Shown here: piece by piece, positions 49,037 through 61,200 of the stretch
Numbering within the stretch: position 1 is the first letter of the stretch
Layout: each line of letters starts with the position of its first letter
DNA from: Reclinomonas americana ATCC 50394
Lineage: Eukaryota
Reading direction: 5' to 3'
Assembly: GCA_048213135.1 (NCBI GenBank)
Contig: PS015054.1
Span: forward strand, 257,812 to 321,811
Length of the DNA: 64,000 nucleotides
The notes under the pieces: generated by a model
Databases searched by the model: none
Seen by the model: only the letters and a program-made list of their open reading frames with translations
What the model was told of the DNA's origin: nothing
Made by a program: the position numbers and the translations under genes

Positions 49037-49923
49037 GCTTGCCGTGCGCCCTTCGACATAGCCCGTCGTTGCTCACTTGTCCATCAGACTACCTGGCCGT
49101 GTACACGCGTCTCGGCACCGAGTACGCCTTTGATGGCCAAGTTATTGACATTAGCGGACCCAAGCAGTGGACAAACCTGGCCACCAACAAGAACGCCCAC
49201 ACAGTTGAGCTCCCACTCACTACTCGTCACAGAAAAACAGCAAGCTTGTTGTCTCACCCCAGTCGCCACATGCAGCGTCACATCCTCTCTCACGTGCTCC
49301 CGTTCCGCCGCGTGCCAGCCACCGTGGTCGCGCTGACCAGCCTCTCGTCGCTGCGCACGGGTAGTTCCTCGGGCGACATTCGCAGCGACTCGTTCGAGGT
49401 GTCGGTGTACTCGCGCAGCGAGGCCATGGCCAACCTGGATCTGGCCGTGCGCGGCGACTCGCGAGTGGAACGCATCGGCGTGCGGTACATGGCAGGAGCC
49501 GCCTTGACGGCCTCCAGCACGCTGAACTCACAGAGTGGATACATGGTGCTGAGCGGCGGTGAGTGCTACTTGCTTGTTGTCTCTGCGCATGCTGGACGAG
49601 GCGCACTGATTCTTGTCGCTGCAGAGACCACTCATGTGGCGAATGCGGCCGTGGCGGTGTCCTTGTTGGTCACTGATGCCGAGAACGGCTTCCTCAACAC
49701 GGAATTCTACTTTGCTGCGTTCCTGCGCGGCTGGAAGACATCCTCGACCGTCACCGGCGCCGTCAACCCGTCGGCCTACGCCGCCAATGTCGTTCCCGCG
49801 CAAGGCCTGGCCCCGCTTGCCTCCTCCTACGGTCAGCTCACCATCACACCCGGCAGTGGTGCCAGCGTTGCGGAGACCTACGTGTCGTGGATCATTATCG
49901 GAAGACCAGCACCGGTCCCGTAA
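45360..49923 (+). CDS. Secreted Ser/Thr-rich protein with tandem IPT/TIG-like modules and C-terminal H-type lectin-like repeats
   Basis: Hydrophobic N-terminus; repeats SP..G..(M/I)T(I/V)TG.GLTIND...GTT C...G.Y.VC; SGSRSVDITHTFPLAFPSIPRVLFGV...DTRF..ITAASLTV (H-lectin-like). An intron spans an N gap. Confidence 0.7.
48526..48956. other. Assembly gap (N run)
   Basis: N run seen directly. Confidence 0.99.
48957..49035. repeat. (TG)n microsatellite abutting the gap
   Basis: About 39 perfect TG units. Confidence 0.97.
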
Positions 49924-50142
49924 TCTGGCAGCCGGCGTGCAATGCGTGTCTTTGCTTATTATTTTTGCCCTCCGTCGTCTCCGGTCTCGAGACAAAAAAA
50001 TGAATGTGCCTGTTTCGTGAGCACGGTGGTGGTGGCGAGGGCGGGTCGCATTCAGGCCCGCGCGAGGTGCGAATCGAACTTTCCGGACATGCTCGATCAT
50101 CGCCTTCGTTTTTTGTCGTGTTGTGTGAGCAGAAACCACGCG

Positions 50143-52784
50143 ATGAGCTCACACATGGTCACCGATGTGCGCTCGCACGACTTGGCGGGTGAGCACCAGG
50201 AGCAACAACAACAGCAGCAAAAGACCGGCGAGAGCGCTGCTGTGCTCGTCACCGACAAGCAGCGATCAAATGCGAATTCCTCGCGATACGAGGTCCTCGA
50301 GTACATTTCCGAAGGTGAGATCGCATTCTCCTTCGCCTCCGTCGCAGTGCCTGTCACCACTGGGTGCACATCTTCTCTTTGCTGTGTGAGTGAGTGAGGT
50401 GGTTGCATTGCGTTGGCGTCGTTCACACCCAGATCTGGGTGTGATGATGATCGTCTTTCATGCATGCGACGAGAGAAGAACAGCGGGCCTTTTTCCGATG
50501 TCGGATTCACACACATCGCCTTCCTTCTACCTCTCCATCCTTCTGCCACCCCGCTCACCCGTGCACTGTGCAGGCACCTACGGCATTGTGGTCAAGGCCA
50601 TGGACTGTGCGACTCGCGAGGTGGTGGCCATCAAGCAACTGAAAGAGGCCGATCGTCGTTCCACTCCACACCCTCACCACCGACACCGTCGCGATCGGGA
50701 TCGGGAACGCGCTGCGCAGCACGCCGAGCGCGTGGCTCGCGAGTTCACCATTCTGCAGCAGCTGCAACGTTGCGCGCGCACGTGTGTGTGTGCTGATTCT
50801 TCTTTGAGCGTGTGTGCTGATGTGAGCGACAGATGACAATGTGGTGATGCTGAGGGACGTGTTTCGCCGCAAGGACCGCCTGCACATGGTGTTCGAGTAT
50901 GTGGATCGGAGGTGGCGTTTTCTTACCCTCGTGTTGTTATTGTTGCTGTGCCGGCTGCTCACCTTCTTTGGCATGCGCAGCCTGATGGACCTCCTGCGCA
51001 AGTACCCACAGGTGCCCCACTTCTCTCTCTCGCTCGCTCTCTCTCTCTTCGTCGTGCAATCCGGCATGCTGACTTGAACATGCAGGGTTTGCCTCTGGGT
51101 CGCGTGCGCCGGTACGTGAGGCACCTGCTGCAGGCGTTGGAGCACTGCCACAAGCACGGCATCGTGCATCGCGATGTCAAGCCGGAGAACGCACTCGTAT
51201 CGGTGGTCGGCGACACGCTCAAGCTGTGCGACTTTGGTTTTGCCAAAATGGATTCGTGGCCCAAGAGCTCCAACAAGGCCCGTCCACACACTGCGTACGT
51301 GGCTACTCGGTGGTATCGCGCTCCGGAAATCCTTCTCAAGTGCGTGAATGATGCATACGTACACTCGCTCGCTCGCCCGCCGGCGACTAAACAATTCTCA
51401 CCAGTGACCAATACGGGCCCGCGGTCGACGTGTGGGCCGCCGGCTGCGTCATGGCAGAGGTGTGTGTACGCGTGCAGCACACACAAAAGACTGTCCACGG
51501 TTCTCACCACCTCCTCGTGGATCACAGCTGCTGGATGGCAGACCACTCTTCCCCGGCGACTCCTCCATCGACCAGCTGTACTGCATTCAGCGAATGCTCG
51601 GACCACTGACATCACGTCAACTGGATCAGTTCCACGCCCACCCAGCGTACTCGCGCTACACTTTCGGCGACATGCGACGACCCGTCACACTGGCACACCG
51701 GTTCCGCGACAAGCTCAACAAGGAGGGCATCGATTTGCTGGAAGGCCTGTTGTCTCTCGATCCACAGCGACGCCTGACGGCCACCGAGGCACTGGAGCAT
51801 CCGTTCTTTGCCGACGACCACCTGCCAGCGGTGCACCAGCGCTCGTGCAAGATCCATCCCGTGTCGTGGACGTCGCCACCTCAATTCGCACCACCACCGC
51901 CGCCACCACCGCCATCAACAACGACAACCACCACCGCTGCACACCACCACGGTCAGGCACCGTTCCGCCGTCGCTTGTCGCCGCGGCAATCGGACTTTGC
52001 CACCGCGGAAACGGCTTTGACGACGGTCGCGGACAACACCGCCACTTCCGGGTTTCGTGTGGTGGTGGAATCGGTGCCGGCGGCGGGCAGCGGAGTGTCG
52101 CGATCCTTGGATGCGGTGATGCCGGGCCAGCTGATGACATTGCGACCGACTCCGCCCTCCACTCGCACCACTCTGTCGCTGCTGCCGGAGGTGGCCGCCT
52201 CGCGTGCTCGCCGCGCAGGCGCCACTGCCCACCAGAATGCCGCCATGGCCGCGACTGGAGCAGCAGCTGCCGCCGCGGCCCTGCACCACATTCAGTCGTG
52301 GTGCCCGATCTCGTCGAGCACGCTGGCCTCGCAGCCGGCGCCGATGATGACAGCAGTCGCGCCCTCCGGCACCGTGCACGTGCGTCGTCACCTGGCACAC
52401 ATGGCGCCACTGGTGACGACCGTCGTCGCCGGCGGCTACTACAGCGACAGCCGATCGTCCGAGTACGGCAGCTCCGACGACGACAATCTTACTCACGCGC
52501 CCTCACTGCTGATGCGCGACGAGGAGAATGCCCTGCCGGTGCCACTCAACAATGCCTTGTGAGTCGTTCTGCGTCGTCGCTCGGACTTGCACCGTTCGTC
52601 AGCCCACTCATGATCACTCCCTCACAGGACCAAGCACAAGTCAATGCCGCAGATGATCGGCAAGGGCGCCGCACCACCATCGTGGCTGCCACCACTGACG
52701 TTGCCGCCGCCCGTCGGAACCTCGTGCTCGATGCCGGCGAGCCCACGGGCCGCCGCAGCATACGCACCACACACGGTGCGATGA
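50143..52784 (+). CDS. CDK-like (CDKL) CMGC protein kinase
   Basis: ISEGTYGIV..VAIKQ; LQHDNVV..FRRKDRLHMVFEYVDRSL; HRDVKPEN; LCDFGFA; TAYVATRWYRAPE; PLFPGDSSIDQLY. Stop at 52562 if the last intron is not used. Confidence 0.93.
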
Positions 52785-52964
52785 CGATCCTGCAGCGGTG
52801 ATGCGCGTGCGTGCACACTCAATGGCCGCAGCGTGCGTCCACGCCTGTACACTATCGTTCCTTTTTTTGTTTGTTTATTATTCACGGAAACTGCTGTAAA
52901 GAGAGGAAAACTTGTTTTGCTTCATATGCATCGAAGCGTCGACTTCAAAGTCCTCTCAAGCGAA

Positions 52965-55169
52965 ATGTCGGAGCCAGGAGGCGGTGGTAGCGATGCACCC
53001 CCGGCTGCAGCAGCAGTCGAGGCGCCTGCACCTCCGTCTTCTTCGTCCGAGCCCGCCGCACCTGCTGCGGTACCGGCAGCGCCGGAGGTGCTGACTGGCG
53101 GCAAAGTTGAGTGGTCATTGCCACTTGCACACACACACTCTCTCTCCCTCTTTCCCTTCTCACTCCCCTCGTCGCTCTCTCGTTGACTCATACACACACA
53201 TCTCCCTGACTCATGCACACTCGCTGCACATGGTGCATCATCCACACACACTTGTCCTCGAACACGCACGCACACACTCATTCTCTCTTCCTCTCGCACG
53301 CAGTTCCTGGCCAGCTTGGACTCGCCAGTGCAATTCTTTCGCGGTGACAACGAACAGCTGGAACAGCGACTTGCGCTCCTGCTGCAAGTGTTGAATCACG
53401 CAGAACACTTGTCCGCCGCCGAGCATCGCGCCCTGGCCACTCTCTTGTTGCCACTGAGCACCGAGTGGCGCAGCTTGCGTGCAGAGGGCAAGAGTGCTCG
53501 TCGAGGTGCGCATGCGCGCACACACATATACACAAACAATGTGCAGGAGGAATACTGATTGGTGTTGGTGATGAAATAGATGCTCTGCCAGTGCTGGGTG
53601 TTGTCGGTGACTACTTCATGTCGCGTGTGCGTCACTGCTGTGAGGCTGGCGAGCGGGAGCAGTGGGACGACGAGTGCTCGTGGACGCTTCGTGTGGCGGC
53701 GGCGCAGGTGCTGGGCGTGCGACTCAGCAGCCCGGCAGTGACATTTTCCGACGCCTGCAAGGCTGCGGCGGAGCTATTTGTGTTTCCTGTGGATCCAGCC
53801 GATCGCCGCCTGCTGGAGACGCATCGTGCGAGCGGAGTGACGAATACGGAGAGTTGCGCGCGCACTCGTGTGTGTACATGAGAGCGATGGTTGTTGTTTC
53901 CGTGGCTCACTGCAGCGTGTGCAGGCGATCGATTTGTGGAGAATGCCATTCGCAGTTTGCTCGCCCCGCCCCGTTCCTCTGGTGGGCCTCCACCGTTCCC
54001 AGCATCTGGATCGGCAACGGGCTCCTCGTCCTCTTCGTCTTCTTCCTCTTCCTCCTCCACCGCGTCGTCGACAACAACGACAGCAGCGGCGTCGGCGGCG
54101 TCAACAACAGATGCACCGCCGTCCATCGACGAGTTGTACCTGTCGCTCATGTTGCAGGAGCGCGACGCAGTGACGGCGTTCCTGCAGGCCTCGCGCATCT
54201 TCCTTCTCGGAGTGGACACGGCCGTCGCCGCCGATTTGAACTTTGTTGCCGATGTCATTCTTTACTGCAAGGACTACTTTGATCATCGTTTCGTGCCGTC
54301 ACTCTCTATCCCTCTCTCTCTCTCTCTCTGTGTCCATCTCATGCCTCTTGCGGCAGGTAACGAGGGGAGCGTGCAAGCAGTGCGCGCCCTGGTCGATGCC
54401 CTCTTTGAGGATCCCCTCATTGTTCTGTGCTTTGAGGCGCAAACTGCCGAGGCTGTCGAGACGGTTCGGGCACGCCACGAGTCATCCCTCTCTTCTTGCT
54501 GTTGACGCACAGTTGTGTCGTGCGACCGCTGCAGGTGTTCGGTCGCATCAAGCAGATTGCCAGTGCCGCCACGGGCCTGGGAGCTGATGCCGCCTGCTTC
54601 TCCTTGCTCACGTTTGTGGCCGCTCGCTGCCTCAGCACGTATCTGATTACGTCGCCGCGCACCGAGGGCGATGACCCAGCGGATTCTGCCGCCGTGCAGC
54701 CGCCGTCGATATTTGAGAATCGCCTGCTGCACGTGTGCTACGATGCACTCATTGAGGCGCTGCGCCACATGCCGCGGGTGAGTTGACACTCCATCCATTT
54801 ACGCCCACCGCCCCCTCCTCATGATCACCACTAACTTGCTGTACGAAAGCAGCAGCCGTCGCAGATGATGGAGGAACTGGCTGCGGCCATGTGCACGGAT
54901 ACGCATTCGCTGTTCGACATTGCCGTCCACATTTATTTGCGCTCGGTTCTTGACGCATCGCAGTCGGTACCCGCCGCACCACCGGCCCCTGTTGCCGCAG
55001 CACCGGCCGCCACAGTCGCTGCAGTAGCACCCGCGGCACCGCCGGCTCCTGTCGCTGCAGCGGCAGCAGCACCATCCGCTGCGGCGCCAGTTGCTCCCCC
55101 GGACGTGGTGGCCATCTCCGAAGCCAGTTGCGACCACGCTCATTTTTTGTCTTCCGCCTCGGCACTTCT

Positions 55170-55216
<47 letters not shown>

Positions 55217-58200
55217 GTCTCCCTGTCGCCCAACGTTGATGGATTCGATCTGGCGTCGTTGTTCGGTCCGGCAATCACTGTCGTCTCCGCCGCGCAATCG
55301 TTTACGCCAGTCGGGGCAGTGCAGCCTACATCCGCCACCAAGCCCGACTGGAACCGGTGCTCCGAGGCCGCCCTGTCATTTTTGTGCGATCTCATGGCAC
55401 ATGTCCGCCGTTCCACGGAGGTCTACAGTGTCTTTTGCTCGACGCTCACCGACCGCGCCCTCGGCCGCGCTGTGCGACTCATCTCGCTCATCGACACGAT
55501 GGATAAGCGCCGTTTCGTTGAATGTCGGGCACTTTTTCCTCTGCGATCTCGTCCTGACTTGCGCTGTTGACGTTCATAGCCATCATGAAGAAACTGCGCG
55601 ACTTTGCGCATGCTTTCCGCAGCGTGTTGTCGCGTGAACCACAGGATGCCGAAGTAGAGGTGCGCGCCGCCGCCTGGACTGTGTAAATATGTGGGTGTCT
55701 CATAGAACATGTGCAGGAGCGCATGTTCCGTGCGTTTTTGGCAGTCCACGGCGGCCAGTGGCGCATCAATAGCACGGTGGATGAGTGCGTACTCATTGGA
55801 CCCACGCTGCTGCACATGCTCCAGACGCACTCGCCACTGCTGTCGGTGGCGTACGCGGCGCTCCTGCAGTCGATTCGTTCATCGCTCGTGAGTTTCCCAC
55901 CAATCATACAGTTGCCTGTCTGTCGTCTGCGTTCTTGTTGACTCGTGTGGCGTGCTGCAGAACGGTGACAACGAGGCGTTGTGGTCGGCGTGCAATGCGC
56001 AGTTGGCCACTTTCGTGGTGCTGGCTGGCACGCAGAGTGCACGGTTGGACTTTGTGCGTGGCTTGAGCGAGGCGATGCAGTCGTGCAACCTGGCGAATCT
56101 CCATGGTCAGCGGCGTATTGCGTTTGCGCAAACACTGGAGGTGCTGCGTGTGGCGGCTGTTGCCAAGCGGCCTTCCAGCGGACTCTTGAAGAGTCTCCGC
56201 GGCAACGGTGCGTCGGGGGAGATCTTCGCGCACGTGTGTGTGTTCGCGCACGCGCGAGTGTGTGTGTGACGAGTAATCTCTTGCAGTGTTTACGCAACGC
56301 GCCGTCAGCGAAACATTCTCGGTTTCGTTCCGCAAGTCGCCGTCCATGGATTTGCGGTCTGCACGATCGGAGAGTGTGTCGGATGCGGGTCGCAAGTTTC
56401 GCAGCTGCTGTCGTTGGTTTTTGTTTGCCTACCTGCTCGAGTAACACGTGGGGTGGGGTGCAGACACTTTTTTGCCCTGCCGGCATTCGACAGCGACGAA
56501 GGCGACAGTGCTCCCGACGCCACAACATACGCGTCGGCTCTCAGTGAGCCTTCTGCAGAATCCGCGGACCTCATTCCGTTGCTCAACACGCTGCTGAACG
56601 ACATTGTTGGCCAGGTCTCTCATCATCCTCCTCTCGCCTCTTGCTCATTGTTCTATTGTCGGTTCACCATGTGCTCTGTCGACAGTTGCTGCTGTTGGCG
56701 GACTCGCGAGACGATCCGGACGCGGAAATCAGCGACTATGCGCTGTACAACTCGGTTGTTTTCCTGCGGGATGTTCCGTTTGTTGATCCCGCCAACAGGT
56801 GTGTCTTTCTGTGTGTCGTCGTCTGCCACAGTCGCGTGCTCACTGGTTATATGCCACTGTAGTGCCCTCAGCTCGGTGTCTGTTGCAACTGCCCTGGCAC
56901 TGCTGAACCGCAGTGTGGGCGCTCGTCAGCTGGTGGTTGTGGAACCGAGCAAGTCGGCGCCGCTTGTGCCGAGCACGCCAGCAACGCCGGCGAATGCAAC
57001 TCTCAGCACCGCCGTGTTGAGCACACCTATGACGGCTCCACCCCCTGCACCGCCAGCGCCACCACCACCCCCACCAACAAAGAAGGGTGAGTGACAGTGT
57101 GTGTGTGTGTGTGTGTCGTCTGTGCGCTGGACGATGCAGCGATGTGACAATGGTGTATCCACCAGCTGCCACTGCTGGCTCAGCATCCGGGCCGCCGCCG
57201 CCTCCCATGACGCCGGCGAAGAAGACGAATGTCGGTGCTCTGTGCGAGCTGCTCGACAGTCTGATGACTGTGGTGAACACGCTGGATGCATTCTTGCACC
57301 GTGTGCCTGAGGCGGAGTTGATCAGCCGTGGTCGCCTGGTGGACTTGGTGCGTGGGAATGAGATGCAGGTGCAGCTTTCGAAAAATTCGGCGCTGACTTT
57401 CCTCGCAGCTGCTGCACATTGTGGGCGACGAGTGGACGCGACTGGAAGATGCCTACCTCGACGCCGTCTCTCAGTCCTCCTCGGTTGACACATCGGCAGC
57501 CGGTATGTCAAATGTGTGCGAGCGTGTTGTGAAGTGTTGCTAACTGAGCGATTGCCGCTGTCAGCTGCCTTTGTCACGGCCTACACGGAAGCCGTGCCGA
57601 AGCTGCTGTCCCGCGTCACGTCGTTCATCGGCCGCGAGATTCACTGTGTGCAGGCCATTGAGGATGTGGAGGTGGCACGGGCAGTCGCGCGAGCTGGAGA
57701 ACCGACCGCAGCCACCACTGCCGCCGACGCCGCTGCTGCCGCCGCTACTACGTCGGAGTCGGTTCGTTGGTCACCCCCGCCAAAGTGATAATTGTTGAAT
57801 TATTGGCTCATGTGCACCCTACTTCTCGGGTTTGCAGAAGTCGACACGCACGCCCGCTACGGTTCTTCCGCAGCTGATTGGCGCCGTGTCGACCGTGCCG
57901 ACACTGCGTCTGCGGCCTGGGCGTGCACTGATTGAGCAGGTCGTCAAGTCAGTCGGTGCGCAGTGAAGCAGATAGCCAGCCGTGCGTCTGTCGTGAGTCT
58001 GACCTGAGTGTGGTGAATAGGGCTGGCGCAGGGCGACATCTCCCTTCCACGTTGGCACCTGGGCTCCTCCTGGTCGCCAACGGGCGCCTTTGACGGTGCG
58101 CTGCGCTCGGCTCGTTTGGTCAACTACCGCTCGCTGCTGTTGCACGGTATGCACGGCAACCCGACATGCAACTGGCTCTCGACGCTGTCCGTGGTGCAGG

Positions 58201-61200
58201 CACTGCGAGTTGTGTTGTGTGGGTTGTCTCTGCGCTTCTTGTTCTCCTCTCATGCATCGTCGTGTGACAGTCGCTTCTGGCGGTGTGCACACGCGTTGTT
58301 GGACGTCAGCCGAAAAAGACTGACGGAGCGGGCGCGTCTGCTTCACCGGCTGCGGCCGACAGCGGGTCACCAACCAAGACGACATCAGCGCAGCCGGGGG
58401 TACCGGAGAGCACACTCGAGCGCCTCCTGCACGTGCTGCTGGGACGAGGCGCCGATGATCGTCTCTCGGCTGCAGACGACCAGCTGCGCGCCCTCACCAA
58501 CGCGACGGCCGCTGCTCTGGGCAAGACCAAGGCCCGCGCTCTGTTGGAGGTGACATGCCACCGCCCTCTGCGTGTGTGATGAGTGCGTGTGTGTGACTCT
58601 CCTGTTGACGCAGGCGATATTGAGTGTGGAGGCGGCGGAGCGTACGTTGGGTCTGCTGGTGGAGCATTCGGCCGAACTCGAACCGGCGACCGTGACAAGC
58701 GGCGCAAAGGAATGCCTGGCACACCTGATCAGCGTGGCCGAGTCGCAGCCGACTGCTCTTGCGCTCTACTTTGGTGACACTCACGAATTCGAGACGCTCG
58801 GCGACGAGTCGTTGATCATGTCGTGGGTGTCTCAGCGGCCCGAGAGCCAACTGCTGGACATTATCGGCTCGGTGCTGGTGGACAAGCAGCTGTCGCACTT
58901 GCATTCCGACATGCTCACATTGGTCCGACACTTGTCCGGCTCTGGTGAGTGCACTTGCCAATGCGCGACATTGCGTGGTATTGTTGCTCATTCGGGCGCA
59001 TGTGCCTCTCTGCTCCAGCTGGCAGCCACGTGCAGTCGCTGATGGTGACCTTCCTCATGAACGAGGAAATCTTGAGTTGCGTGTCGTTGGCAGCGGACAA
59101 GGCATATCCTCTCATGTTACTGAGCGTTGTTGTCTCGCAGCGAACTTGCTGCGCCAGACGATTGTCTCGGTCGCCGAGGAAGCGCCAGGTGCCATCACCC
59201 CGGAGGCTCGATGTGCGACATTCCGAACGGAGCTGCTCAACTGCCTGCGTTCAGCGCTGCTCTCGAGTGGCTCCGCTGACCGGTTCGTCGTGCACGGCTG
59301 ACATGTGTTTTCTGTTCTGTGCACTTATTCTGGTGCTGTTGCCTGTTCATTTCAGCGCCGGTGGTAGCGAAGCTCCGGTTCCAGTCGCCGCCTCCAGTGG
59401 ATTGGTTCCGGTGTTCCTGACGTCTCTCCTGTCGCTGGTCAGCGGCAAGTGTTTCATGACGTACAAGGAGCTGCGAGTTGCGTGCTCGTACTTGCGCGTG
59501 CATGCGTGTGTACATGCATAGTCGGTGAAACTGAACACCGCACAGGACTACTGCGACTTTTTGTTGTCGGTCAACTTTGCCGCCGAGCTTGTGAAGCTTC
59601 TGCAGGCCATTGCTAATTCCCTGCTGGCAAATGCTGAGGCGACAAGCGCTGCCTGGCTCGCTGCGGTCACCGCATTGTCACGCGTGTGCAACGAAACTGT
59701 GCAGTCGGTGGCGCCCGCCGAGGCTCCCAAGTCTCTGGCGGCCGCTGCAGCCGAGGGCAAGGAAGACGGTGCTGTGGAGATTGTGCGCACGTCGTTGTTT
59801 ATCTGTGTGTTTTGTATTGATGTTGGCGATCATGTGCAGACATCGCGGAGACCATTGTGGACTCGGATAGCACCGGCGATGAATTTGAAGACATGTTCGG
59901 CGCACCCACCCAGGTGCCAGTCGCACCGGGACAGAAAGTGGTGAGGCGTTGCTGACTGGTTCTTTGTTGGAGATTGTTGATGCTAACAGTGGATGGATTC
60001 TTCGCGTGCACAGCATCATCACGGCGGAGCCATGTGCACGTTCGCCAGCACCGGGCAAGAGTACTGCGAGCAGTCGTGGTACTACTGCTACACCTGTGGC
60101 CTTGTCGGCAACAGTGGCGCGTGCACTGCGTGCGCCAAGACATGCCACCGTGGGCACGATGTGGCGTACTCACGTACGTCGTCGTTCTACTGTGACTGCG
60201 GCGCAAACTCGTGTGCGGGCAAGGGGCAGTGCAAGTTCTTCCCGAGTGGTGCGCCGGTGGCTGCGTCGGCGCCCAGTTCAGCCAAGTTACATCTCTTGCG
60301 CGCGCTTTTCGCTTGCTTGTTCTGCTCTCTGAATCCGTCGTTTCCAATTGTTGCAGAACGACGCCCACACTGACGTCTGTGAACGCTGCGCCCTCATCAT
60401 CGTCGTCCTCCTCGTCGTCGCACGCGCATCGCGTTGTTCGCAAGATTGCGCGCTCAGCCAGCAAGGAGGTGTGCTGAGATGTGGTGGCAGTTAGACACAC
60501 CTCGTCCACTGTGATTTGACATGTGATGATGCTTGCAGCCTGCCGCCAAGGAACCCGCAAGGGAGGTGCCGGCAGTGACGGCGGCGTCGGCGGCGGCAAT
60601 CAAGATCGGTCCACCAGCCAGTGCGCTTGCGCATGTGGCCGCCGGGCTGTTGGGGGCGTACTCGGATAGCGACGATGAGACCTCGTTCGATCCGGTGGTT
60701 TCTGGACGCGGCTCGTCGACCTCGACAACCACCGTCATCACTGATGCGGTCAAGGAGCAAGTGTGCGCTGGTCTGGTGGAGACGGCTTTGGTCGACAAGC
60801 TGGTGACACTGTCGGAGATTGTGATGAAAGCCTACAGCGACAGTCGCGTGCAGGGTCGTCCAGGTGCGACTCACATTGTCCGCTGTGCTGCGCCTGAGTG
60901 ATCCCTATTGACTCCCAACAACCCATGCAGAGGCTGCGGGCGAATCACTCGACGTTATGAGCACCACGCTGATCAACGCCACGGCCTCCAGCAACTCGGT
61001 GTTCACACGTCGGCAGTTCTTTTCACCGGGCACGTTCGACGTGTCGTTCCGCCAGGAGGCCGGTCGCGATCACCGCAACCTCAAGAAGCTGCTGAGTGCC
61101 GGTCGTCTGCTGTTGTCGTATGTCACGGCCAACACCGACAATGTCACAGCCATGCTGGAGCAGGACCAGGTCTCGTGCACACTCTTCTCTCTCTGTGTGT

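Noticed and set aside
47868-49336. Long ORFs with X runs and VCVC/THTH tracts
   Set aside because: Artefacts of N gaps and intronic (TG)n/(CA)n microsatellites; the same applies at 8492-9075.
50912-52801. 629-aa ORF and other long overlapping or antisense ORFs
   Set aside because: Shadow frames of GC-rich coding exons; only the short kinase exon within it is in the true frame.
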